Notes under the pieces: generated by a model | The model's database searches: none | Told to the model about the DNA's origin: nothing | Seen by the model: the letters and a program-made list of their open reading frames with translations, nothing else | In this document: in pieces, positions 12,078 through 23,758 of the stretch | Layout of the letters: every line of letters starts with the position of its first letter | Position numbering within the stretch: the stretch's first letter is position 1 | Translations under genes and position numbers: made by a program | Source: Schmidtea polychroa | Lineage: Eukaryota | Assembly (NCBI GenBank): GCA_044892525.1 | Contig: CM097885.1 | Location: 2,234,001-2,298,000 of the forward strand | Direction: 5' to 3' | DNA: 64,000 nt

Positions 12078-13628
12078 TGCTGGGTTTAGTAGGCTGACTG
12101 GATAAGCTTACTTTATCCATGGAAACTATCTGGCATTCATTTACATAAAAGGAATCCCTGGCTTGGCAACGTTTTTTAATGTACTAAGTTCGGTGCTGAT
12201 AACAAAAAGTGTGTTTTACAATAAATACTTCTAATTCTTTGACTAATCTTGGGTTCCTAGACGACCGTCAGAAGGTGTGTGTCTGAATGTCTCATTCGCG
12301 TTCCACCTCTTACCTGTCACCACACAATCATCTACTGAACTTTGTTCTCTATATTATTCTGCTTATGTTTTCTTTGTTGTAGAACGAGTATAAAATTATT
12401 TCAAGCTAAAAGCTAATGTTGCAATCGACCAGTTTTGTAACTTTGCCAGTGAGACACGTTGGGTGAGATATTTTTACTCATGAAAGAGATGCGAATAAAG
12501 TTATCACGGGTTGATGCACTGGCGTGACAGTCTAATCGAGGAGAGTCGTACTCAGCGGCTGCTCATTAAAGAACAATCCGAGGCTTTACACAAGGTTTAT
12601 GTGAAAGCGACCCTCACAAAAAAGATTGTAACCATGCCGATCACGGAAGATAATGTATTCCCTCTACATCATCAGACAACGGCAATCAACCAGCCTTCGG
12701 AGAAATCCTCCATTAGCTGTGTCGATGCGCTTCTGTCGCCATCCACATCTGAGATATGTGTCACGGGGTTCAGTCAAGCGATCCCAAAACGCATGCCACT
12801 CACTGTAAAAGACGCACCCCTTATACCGCTGATCAAATCAAAACGCCGGCAACAAACTCGGTCGGAAAATAAGAAGCGGAAGATCCTGCAAACCGAGCGG
12901 GAAGCGAAATTAATCACCGAAACGGTGCAAGCCACTCTGCTGGAACCGAAGGTAGCTCCAACTCCGTCTCACCTTTTATTCCGAGTTATAACGCTGTCCA
13001 GTACCTCTTAGGAAGAAAACGCGAGGGATTTTTTCGATCTGGACAAACTTTTCGCCGGAGCCTCTCATTCTAAATTATGAGACTCCACGCGCATCCGAAA
13101 CTATGAACACTAAACTAAATGGAAAAATCTTTTATTATGTTCTCTATTTAATGGTGTTACTCTGAGGGGCGTATGACATAGATTCCATTGTTCTCTGTTT
13201 GTCTGTCATATATTATACACTCTTATATATAATTTGCATTCATGTAGGGTTATGTTTAAGATTTTTCTTTTATTTTGAATGTTTGAAGTGGAATGGGTCT
13301 TGTAATCATTTAGCTACTGGTAAAGTGGGAAAGCGCACTGCGATATTTTCAATAAGCGAGACAAGACGTAAGACCTTCTATTGACAGTCAGGAGGCGGGC
13401 AAGCCGAGATGTGATGAAGGACTAGTCCTAAGGCAGGGGCTCACCTGCTTCACTATATCCCGCCATCATGACACAGTACCAACATGATGTGAATCATGGG
13501 TGTCATGGTGAGAAAGTAATCATGGGGGTTCTGACTAGCGGCCGACAAAAAAGAGTTTGTTTAATTTGATTGACCTTCATCCCCTGGCAGCGAATGAATG
13601 TGTGTTAACCTAGTCGACTACCCAACAG
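12078..13628 (+). mobile_element. Probable LTR-like repeat (~1.55 kb) related to the solo LTRs at 15107 and 44227
   Basis: TGCTGGG start and CCCAACA end, similar length, and the same 3' conserved motif block (13365-13536). No clean TSD (aatt vs gctt), so the boundaries are uncertain. Confidence 0.4.
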
Positions 13629-15106
13629 CTTTGTCAAAATCTATATTAATATTCACCTCGTTATTATCCTTGATCCTTCCAATAAGTTTCACTGCGTTTT
13701 GAATATCTTAGACTAGTCTCGGATTTTTTCTTAAAATCCCTACCTAGAGCAAAAAATAGCATTTGAATGTGCTAAAACAGAAAATCGTTAATTAATTAAT
13801 TAATTGGCTAATAGAAAACCCAAGCCAATGGAGAACCCGAGAGATGAAGGAAACCCGAAATCGGTTAACATGAAAAGTAAACAAAATAATACAGCATGAT
13901 TAATGGAGACAAACAAAGTTAGGACTATTATGAAGAAATAGCAAAAGGAGCCAATTAATCATGACATGGTGCAAACAATGTTCAAGGAGCCGGTTGTCAA
14001 ATCATTGTCAGATAGGAGCAATAAGGTCAAAAACCGATTAATCAAAGTGATTATTCCAGTATAAAAGCAAAGTCGAAATTCAAAATAATCGGCATTTTGC
14101 CTCAGCTAGGGTTAGAAAAAGATTAGCTAGGAAAAGGAAAAGATGAATGAAAGAGATTAGGGAAAAAGGAAATATAGAATAGGAATACGAAAAGGTGAAA
14201 AGAAATCAAATCAAATTAAAAGGAAAACGTCGGTCAAGAGAACCTAAGGAATAAAAAGGTGAATATTATCTTTTGTCAAAGCATCAACACCGAGCGGAGA
14301 ATCGGTCAAACTTGTAAAACTTTGGTGATTGATTATCGATAGAAATATATTTTTGTGATTCAAATATACGTTGGGTAGTTTATTGTTTTGATTAAAAGGA
14401 CAAGAGGAGTCAGATGTTACCGACTTGAATTAGCTAAAACCCAACATTATTATTGTTATTATTTTCTTCAAAGTTATACAGTGAACGCTCTATATAAGCA
14501 ACATTCTTTATAAGCAACCTCTATACAGGCAACTTTTTTGAGTTCTGTATAACTGTTCTGTATAAGAAACGTATTTTTTTCGGAACTAAAATCAGCTGTC
14601 CACGACTAATTAATTTTAAATTGTAAAAAATTCTGTTATTGTAATATGTTTGTATTGCCAGTATTGAAGAATAGTTACGTGAATTCTTTTTTTTCTGTTA
14701 ATTAATAAATTAATATTTTTTTGTTTTCAATTCAGCCATAAAATATGAATCAGAAGAAAAAAAGACGTTCTATTTCGTTAAAAGATAAACTATTCCTTTT
14801 AAAGGACATTGAACATGGTAAAAAACAAAGGCCGTTTGTAACGAATATAAAGTTGCTAAATCTACAATAAGTAGAGTAAAAGAAAATAAAGAAAATTTAG
14901 AAAAAATATGTGCATCCAAAACCTATGTGAATCAGAATAAGATTAAGCGAATGAAGACAATAAAATATAGTGAAATCGATGATACAGTGTTTTCTTGGTT
15001 CTTGGAGCGGCGAAAATAAAACGATTTAGTTTCAAATGAAATGATTAAATTAAAGGCACTTGAAGTAAATAGGTTGAATAATGGTCCTGAAACATTTGTA
15101 GCAAAT

Positions 15107-16650
15107 TGTTGGGCTGAAGCCGAGAACTGAGAGTTTGTTTTAATCGATCGAAAATACCTAACACAAAAACCGCAAAGTTGGAAAATTTATGACGAAGGTT
15201 TAATTTAAAATAAATGAAATAAATTACATCACACATTAAGAACCAATAAACCCCGTATAATAGAATAAGAGATAAATAAATTTAACAAAAATTCAACACT
15301 TAAAAATTTAAATAGAAAAATAATAAAATATAAAATAGAATTAGTTGAAAATTATTTAAACAATATAAAAATTAAATCGTCAAAAATAATAAAATTAGTT
15401 AGCATTATATAAATTGTAAAGTTTATAGAATTAAATGGTTATTTAACTTATTAAATTTAAAGAATAAAAATGTTTAAATTAATAAAAATTAATATAACTC
15501 AAATTATTTAAATTATAAAATTTATAAAATTAAAATTAATAAAAATTAAATAAGAAATTAATTAAATTTATTGAATTAAAACAAATAAACAATTGCACAC
15601 ACTCATGCATGTATGCAAAACTAATTAAAAATTTCTCGCACTCTGATTGGATAGAGTGGCAGCAAATGCATGAAAAATTAGTATAAATACTGATCACAAA
15701 TTCATTTAAAACTACTACTTTTTCTCTAACATCAAAATTTAGTTGTAGACAGTGAAGCTCTCAGTTTTCGATTTTATGCCAACGAGGATTTGGTAATTTA
15801 TTTTTTATTGTTGTAGTAATTTTACGAGATGATTTAATTTAATATGCAATAAAATTTTTAGTTAAATTTTCTTTTGTTATTTTCTTTTAATTGTTTAATT
15901 TCATTTAGTTGTAGATATTAAATAATAATTTTTATTGTGTGCAATTTTTATACTAACTGATTACGAACGTTAGTACCGCTGAATTGAGATTCATCATATC
16001 ATGGTTTAAAGTACCTTCGGGATGCTCAGACTGGTGGGTATGCTGGTTTTTCAATCACGCAGCTGGATTGGGCCGGAATGTGGGGGCTTCCTCACGGGTC
16101 CTATCGCTGGAAGTACTGTGGTCAAATGTAGGTTAGGACTGAGAATACAGGCAGATCCCTGCTCAAATTTTTTGAAGTATAACGTAAATATTATGGGAAG
16201 CGTGGATTAACTTGAAAATAAGGGCCAATCCCTGCTCAAATTTTTCAAAGGATAATTTAGATATTGTAGGAAGTGTAGAACAATAATTATTAGCTGGAAA
16301 ATAAGGGTGGATCCCTGCACAAAATTTTATAAGAGAACAATTAGAAATACCCGTAATTGAGGACCAACAACGATCAAAAAGTAGCATACACAGTGAATAA
16401 TGACGTAAGACCTTCTATCGGCAGTCTAGAACCCGAAAAGAAAATACAATGGGGAGTAGTTTTAGTAATGGAGCTCACCTGCTCATTGTTTTTTCACCTT
16501 TGTGTACAGTACCAACATGGTCGTCACCATGGGTACACAAATGGTTTAAATTTCAATAGTCATGGAGGTGCTTAGGAAAGAGTCGAACGATTATGATTAC
16601 CCCTAACGCATTTTAAAATGTAAAAATGATACACCCCTAAGTAACCAACC
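15107..16650 (+). mobile_element. Solo LTR (~1.54 kb), Ty3/gypsy-type
   Basis: Starts TGTTGGG and ends AACCAACC (CA mutated). 4-bp TSD AAAT at 15103-15106 and 16651-16654. Removing it restores the transposase FVAN|DGW. Homologous end-to-end to 44227-45774. Contains ATTGG (CCAAT) and TATAAA boxes. Confidence 0.85.
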
Positions 16651-16972
16651 AAATGATGGATGGTTAATGAATTAAAAAAACGCCATGGTATACGGATTTT
16701 GTCTGTTTGGGGAGAGAGTATGTCTTGCAATGTGGAGCTAGCTAATTCGTTGAAAAGTAATTTCAAAATTATATTGCTGAAAATGGCTTTATGCCTGAAC
16801 AGATATATAATTGCGACGAAACTGGTCTCGTCTATAAAAGCTTGCCCAACATAACTAATGTTTCAGATTTTGAAAAATTCCCTGCTGAGAGAAAAGCAAT
16901 GAAGGAATGAGTAACAATTATGCCATGCGTAAGCGCTACAGGTACGCATAAGTTAGATTTGATGATGATAGG

Positions 16973-17303
16973 TGTGAAAGTAATTAAATTGAATAAGTAT
17001 TTAATTTCCAGATTTAAATAATATAATTAAAGTAAATAATAAAATTATAAATTTAAATAATAAATAAAATATATTTAAGAATGATTGAAGATTAAAATAT
17101 AAAATATTTATTGAATGCTTGTGTACCAATATTCCCCATTCAAATATTAACTCATGCTTGCGAAAATAATCTCTAAGCTAAAAACAGTGATTGTTTTAAT
17201 AAGAGATTTTTGGGTTGTTTTTGAAAAATATAGTTTTGTTTTGTTTTTAAAATATGGATGTGATTAATTTAAGAAACCAAACATCTAATATGGCGATCTA
17301 ATA
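16973..17303. mobile_element. 331-bp solo-LTR-like insertion
   Basis: TG...TA termini with 5-bp TSD ATAGG (16968-16972 and 17304-17308). Removing it restores the transposase MMIGKSKSPHCF. Confidence 0.7.
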
Positions 17304-18944
17304 ATAGGGAAATCGAAATCTCCGCATTGCTTCAAAAATATGGAGTTGCCAATATATTACAAATCATCTAAAAACGCTTGGCAAACAAACTTATACACTT
17401 TTTAACGGCTGGTATAATGAAATATTTATACCTTCGGTAACTCGACACTTGGAATCTACAAACCTTTCAGTAAAGGCCTTTCTCTTAGTGGATAATGCAA
17501 CCTGTCATGACTCATGAGGATAATTTTAATGGTTACCCGAATTTCCAAGTTAAGTTCCCCCCCAAATAACACACCATTATTGTAACCACTAGATCAAAAT
17601 GTGATAAAAACACTAATACAACGCTAGCGCAAACATTTACTTGCATATCTTGCAGCCTTAGGTGCAGAAGATGGAATAGTTTCATCGCTTAATAATATAA
17701 ATTTGAAAGATGCTGTTTATTTAGTGGTGCCGGCATGGGATGATATTTCCGTGTCAGTTATACAAAATTCATTCTGATCACCTTTCAGAAGAAGACAATA
17801 TTCGGTATTTAATGATTGTAATTGACAAGTGGGACAAGCGAGGCATTTTTTTTGAGGCATTTGACCTTAAAGAAAATCCAGAATTAGAAAATCATAATGA
17901 AAGCTAGGTGAGAATATGGATAAATGGTGAACCATATTAGAAATTTTATTGATATTATGATATAAAAATTAATAAATAACCAATATTAGGTGGGCATTTC
18001 CTCGAGAATTCATCCTGTGATGCTTTACATATTGAGTTGCGTTTTATTGACCATAATTCCAATTCATAGATGCCATTTGATGGAAATTTTGAACTAAAAT
18101 TCTAAAAATCTTTGTTATCTAAGATTTATAGAATTTGTTTCTTTTAGTTTAGCATTCTCATAGATCTTTCAAAAACGGGGGAAATCTAGCTCGTTCAGTC
18201 AGACTTGAATACAATTGTGTAACATTGAATCAATTTATTGTCCATTGGCTGATTTGATTAGTCATCGCAGCAAACCAATGGCAACGCGATAATGTGTGCG
18301 CACACATACAATGAATCTATTGTACATTGATTCCATTGGCAACTCAACATTCACGGACACACTCTAAATCTGTACAGAAGTTGAATCCTATGACGTCATT
18401 TGAAAAAATTGAATCGCTGGATCAAGAATGCCGATATAAAGAAGGAATTTATTACAATCTGCCATCTGATCATCCGGAAAAATTCTCAAGAAAGATTGAA
18501 TTGCAACATTTAGAAGGACTTTTGAATAATATGAAGCGTGTGGAAAATCAAAAAGCTGTTCGAAACGGTCAGAAAGGACTTCCATATCCAGAGTTGAAAG
18601 TGAACAGAAAATCCACTCAAGATAGTTTTATTTGTAGATTCTTGTAGATAAATTATTTTCTTTGTATCAGCGATGATTTTTTTAATAAACTTTTTCATTT
18701 TGAAATTAATTTATACCAAGGCAATTTTGGATCCGTTAATTTGGAAATATTCGATATCATCCAGCGTTAAATAAATTCCAGGCATTTTTAATGAATATAA
18801 TGAGAAGGTTTTATGAAATTCAGGTGGATTTATTTTACAAGACAATCATAAATATGATTAAACTAGTCGATTGTATTATTATAATGAATTAGAAATCAAT
18901 AAATATTTTTTATAAATAACTAAATTAATTCAAAATCAATTTAT

Positions 18945-19500
18945 TTAAACGCCAACAGTTGCATTAGCTGTGATTATTCTTATATCATGCATTGGTTTTT
19001 CATTTGAGTCGGTTTCTACAAGGCCCATCTGTTTCACAACGATCATCCCTGATGCTATTCGGCCAAATATGGTATGAGAATTGTCCAACCATGGTGTGGG
19101 TATTAACGTAATATAAAACTGAGATCCGTTAGTATTAGGACCAGAATTAGCCATTGATAGAATTCCGGCGCCTGTATGTTTTAATTCAGGATGAAATTCA
19201 TCTTCGAAATAATGCCCGTATATAGATGCTCCGCCATTACCAACTCCAGTTGGGTCACCTCCTTGAATCATAAAATTGCGAACAATACGATGGAATATAG
19301 TGTTATTATAATATCCTCTTTTTGTTAACTGATAAAAATTATTACATGTATTAGGAGCGTGATTCCAGTACAATTCTACAACAATTATACCTAAACTGTA
19401 AATATTATTAAATAATAGCACTTAAATATTATAATTACGTTGTATTAAGAGTAATAAATGGAGGCCTTTCAGAAGATTTAACTACTTTTAAATTTGTCAT
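18945..19500 (-). CDS. PPIL1: Peptidyl-prolyl cis-trans isomerase-like 1 (spliceosomal cyclophilin), 170 aa; exons 19439-19500 and 18945-19395
   Basis: MTNLKVVKSSERPPFITLNTTLGIIVVELYWNHAP...FHRIVRNFMIQGGDPTG...GAGILSMANSGPNTNGSQF. The ELYW and GAGIL motifs fit PPIL1. A 43-nt GT-AG intron keeps the frame. Confidence 0.92.
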
Positions 19501-19944
19501 TTTGAATAAAATTTAAATATTATTAAAACAATTTAGAAATATAAATTAAGTTATTTTTAAAATATTCTCAAATTTTAACTGATTCATGTTAAAAACATTA
19601 TATAAAATTTTATTTTATTTATTTAATTAATTTTTTATATGTAGTAAAATTTGGACATCTTTAATTTTTTAGATATTTCATTTATTTGAATTATAACAAA
19701 ATCTCGAAAATTATATTTTTAAGCAACAAAAATAATATTAGAAATAAGTAAAAATTGGTTAAATTTAAAATTAAAAAATTTAGAAATACAATTCTGAAAA
19801 AAATTAATATTTTTACAAATTAAATAAAATTTGCAAAAGTTAAAAATTGATTTATTATAAAATTCGCCTAGCAGACGTTTAAAAGCCCAAAAATATATTT
19901 AAATGATCTAATTGAATAACGAATATTGTCCGCTATATAGTATA

Positions 19945-20171
19945 TGGTGAGTTACATGTGGAAAGGTCTTTCACCTCCAGGCACTTATTCGACCAACGCT
20001 TTTCTTTAATCGGCCACTAGACACGCGTTGCAAGCGATGTTAGAACTGCGATTTAGAGGGTGTCTGTCGGAAAAATGTGAGCTCTTCAACGAGAACAGCT
20101 AATGATCCAACGAGTTGCTTCGTCTATAGGCTACCGTAGTAGGTGTCTATTGTCCCTTCATCGTTTCACCA
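19945..20171. mobile_element. 227-bp solo-LTR- or MITE-like insertion
   Basis: TGGTGA...TCACCA termini flanked by TATA on both sides; GC-richer than the surroundings. Confidence 0.5.
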
Positions 20172-23100
20172 TATATTTTATTTATCACTCGCCGCTATTT
20201 ACTTCAAACTTTGATGATAAGATCTTTCATATACTGGATTTCATAGAGTAAAATAAAAACTCAAAATTATAAAATCGGAATTTCCTGACGTAATATTAAC
20301 AAAATCAACTTACAGTATTTTGGGATTATTTCGCTAGATATCTTACAAAACTAGATTTATTGTTTAATGAAAGTTCGAGTGATTATTTAGTTCTTTTCTT
20401 AAGGAGATAATTGTCCTTGACCTCAAGAGGTAATGATATCACAATTTAATCAATCCATTCTTTAAATTTCCAACTTTAATACGACTGATTCTTAAGAAAA
20501 TGGTCTTTCTAATAAAATTAATTATTTAAGCTGTAGCGCTAAATCAAAATTAACATATTATTATAATAAAGCAGTTTATTTATATAATACTGCATTTAAT
20601 ATTATCTTTATTTTTCTTGGCCTTCTTTTTGACTCGAACATTCCGGGTCGAGGCTTGCAGTACTTCTTCTGTACAAGTGTTATGGCTGGTATTCTGAAGA
20701 TCCGAGCTGCTAAAGCTGGGTACTTGTTCAACTTTAGCGTCAGTGTGGATTCAGTTCGTAATTCTATGATTTTCTGGGACTTTTTCAGGTAGTAATTTTG
20801 AGGTCTTTGATAATATTTTTGAAGATTGTAAGAATTCGGACTTAGAATTGCTTTTGTATGGATATATTGTAGAAGTTGATTTGGAAATACCGAAAGTAGG
20901 TAGATAGTAACCCACGGGAACAATTACCCCCCCCCCCCCCCCGGCGGGGGAGGGGGGGTTTGTTCCCAAATTTTTATTACGCAATTGTTCCCAACTCATT
21001 TTTTTGCTTTCAGGGAATTTTAGTCCAAATTTTTTTTTATCACATTATAGTGAGGGGGTCTCGATGGTCCTGGGATTTTCAATACAAAAAATTTTTTTCA
21101 ATACAAAAATCCGACTACCACTAAAAAAGCATGGATTTTTCTAGGTCAATTCAGGTGGGTCTCCTTGGTCCTGGGATTTTCAATACAAAAAAAATTTTTC
21201 AATACAAAAAGCTGGTCTACACTAAAAAAGCCAAGGATTTTTCAGACTATAGTGAGGTGAGTCTCCTTGGTCCTGAGAAATAGGTGGTCTACACTAAAAA
21301 CGTGGTAAATTTTTCAATTAAAGTAAATAATGGTCCAAATTTTAAAATTAAAGTAAATTATGGTTCTAAAAATTAAATTATAGTAAATTATGGCTCAAAT
21401 TTTTAAATTACAGTAAATTATGGTCAAACATTTTAAATTAAAAAAAACAATGGTTCAAATTTTTCAAATACAGTAAATTATGGGTCTAAAAATTAAATTA
21501 CAGTAAATAATGGTTCTAAAAATTAAATTAAAGTAAATTATGGTTCTAAAATATTAAATTACAGTAAATTATGGTCCAGATTTTTCAATTAAAGTAAATA
21601 ATGGTCCAAATTTTTAAATTAAAGTAAATTTAAGTTCTTAAAAATTAAATTACAGTAAATAATGGTCCAAATTTTTAAATTAAGTAATCAATGGTAAAAA
21701 ATTTTAAATAAGTAAATTAAAGTAAGATTTTAAAATTTAATTACAAAATAATAGAAGGTGTTTGAGAATTGAAATTTTTTAATGAAATTTTTTATGAAAT
21801 AATTTTTAAGTAATTTTTAATTGAAATTTTAATGAAATATTTTTCAATGGTAATTTTTAATGGAAATTTTTATGGAATAATTTTTTAAGTAATTTTTAAT
21901 GTAAATTTTTATGAAATATTTTTCAATGATAATTTTAGATGGAAATTTTTAAGATAATTTTTAATGAAAATTTTTATGAAATATTTATCAAAGACAAATT
22001 TTAATAATAATTCAACAACAAACCAACAACTTAGTACCAACAACCAGTAACTTACGAACATGTATTAACAACCAGATACCTACAACTAGTTACTAACAAC
22101 TAGTTACATGATACTAAGTAAATACAACCACCTAACAAGTACTAACAACCAAAAACAAGCAACCAACCAGGTACCAGTTACCAACTACTAAGTACCTACA
22201 ACCAACTAGTTACCTGATACCAAGTACTTACAACTAAATACTAACAACCAGTTACCTGATACCTAGTACTTACAACTAGTTACTAACAACCAAAAACAAG
22301 CAACCAACTAGGTACCAAGTACTAACAACCAAAAACAACTAGCTAACAACTAGATACCAAGTACCTACAACCACCTACCTATTAACTAGCTACCAAGTAC
22401 TAACAACTAACAACAACCAGGTACTAGATACCAAGTACTAACAACCTACAACAACTAGGTACTAAGCATTATCAACCAAGTACCTAAAACCACCTAACAA
22501 GTACATACAACCAACATCAACCAGGTACCTACAACTAGATACTAACAAACAGTTACCAAGTACCTACAACCACCTACCCATTAACTAGCTACAACCAGCT
22601 AACAACTAGCTACCAAGTACTAACAACCAACAACCAGCTAACAACTAACAACCAGATACCTACTACTTACAACCAACAACTAAGTACTAACAACCAGCTA
22701 ACAACTAGATACCAGGTACTAAGCATTATCAACCAAGTACCTACAACTAGATACTAACAACTAGATACCAAGTACCTACAACCATCTACCTATTAACTAG
22801 CTACTAGTTACTAACAACTAGATACCAAGTACATACAACCAACATCAACCAGGTACTAAGCATTATCAACCAAGTACTAACAACCAAGTACAAGATACCT
22901 AGTACTGTCAACTAGATACCAAACACTTACAACCAGATGACCACATGAAATTATTGGTTAAATATGAAAATAAGGGTTATAATTAGTTGTTTAGTAAATT
23001 ATGGTGTAAAATTAAGTAATAAAGCATAAATAGGTAAATTAAGGATAAGTAAATTAAAGTTAATTAAGGTCCAAATTTTAAAAATAAGTAATCAATGTTC

Positions 23101-23299
23101 TAAAAAATTAAATTAAAGTTAAATAAGTAAATTAAAGTAATAATTTTTAAAGAATTTAATTAAAGTAATAATTTTTAAATAAGTAATGTAATAAGTAAAT
23201 TAAAGTAAGATTTTTAAATTTATTATCAAAAGATTGAATAACCACCAACTTTTTTGAGAAATGTAATTTTTAATGAAAATTTAAATGGGAATTTTAATG

Positions 23300-23341
<42 letters not shown>

Positions 23342-23758
23342 TAATAATAATTCAACAGTTACCAACAATCGGTTACTAAATATTTTTAACTAAGTGCTAA
23401 CAAATAAGTACTTTCAACATGATACCACGTACTAACTCTCAAACAACCAGATACTTACAACGAACTACTAAATATTCTTCATTGTATTTTATGAAATGCT
23501 TTTTAAATTAATTTTTTATACATCTTCTATAATAATTTTAATTACAATCAGTAGAAAAACCTTTTCAAATTTAACAAAAAATGTTGATTTTCATCAAAAA
23601 AACCACAACTCATCACCACGTGAAATTCAAAATAATTTAAATGAAAGACTAATGAATTCTAATTTACAAAACATTCTTCTTTTAATTGATAACTTATTAT
23701 CGCAATGTAAAAATCGCATTCAATAAATACTTATTGTTGATCAGTTTTATTATATATA

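Larger units (their letters stand above)
14479..17790 (+). mobile_element. Decayed Tigger/pogo transposon interrupted by two solo LTRs
   Basis: TA-CAGTGAACGCTC terminus. Reads MNQKKKRRSISLKDK (HTH), FVANDGWL..KKRHGIR, YNCDETGL, LVDNATCH and PLDQNVI, with many stops and frameshifts. Right end approximate. Confidence 0.85.

Noticed and set aside
12511..13011. 166-aa ORF inside the LTR-like repeat
   Set aside because: TTG start and no recognisable domain; I cannot support a product call.
18327..18647. 106-aa ORF convergent with PPIL1
   Set aside because: Could be a terminal exon, but I could not establish a start, splice structure or motif.
20576..20890. hAT dimerisation-like peptide KYPALAARIFRIPAIT in the left flank
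   Set aside because: Short match without the SxxxER.FS motif, and the right flank does not continue as a hAT transposase.
20888..20895. Alternative parse of the giant element with an 8-bp TSD (TACCGAAA) and GTAGG...CCTAC ends
   Set aside because: The inverted repeat extends one more base (A20895/T36288), giving AG...CT ends with a 6-bp TSD. GT...AC ends do not fit hAT or P elements. Not fully excluded without other copies.
23496..23726. Duplicated short ORFs in the palindrome arms (also 27147, 29713, 33338)
   Set aside because: Low-complexity, no motifs; they are identical only because the arms are mirror copies.
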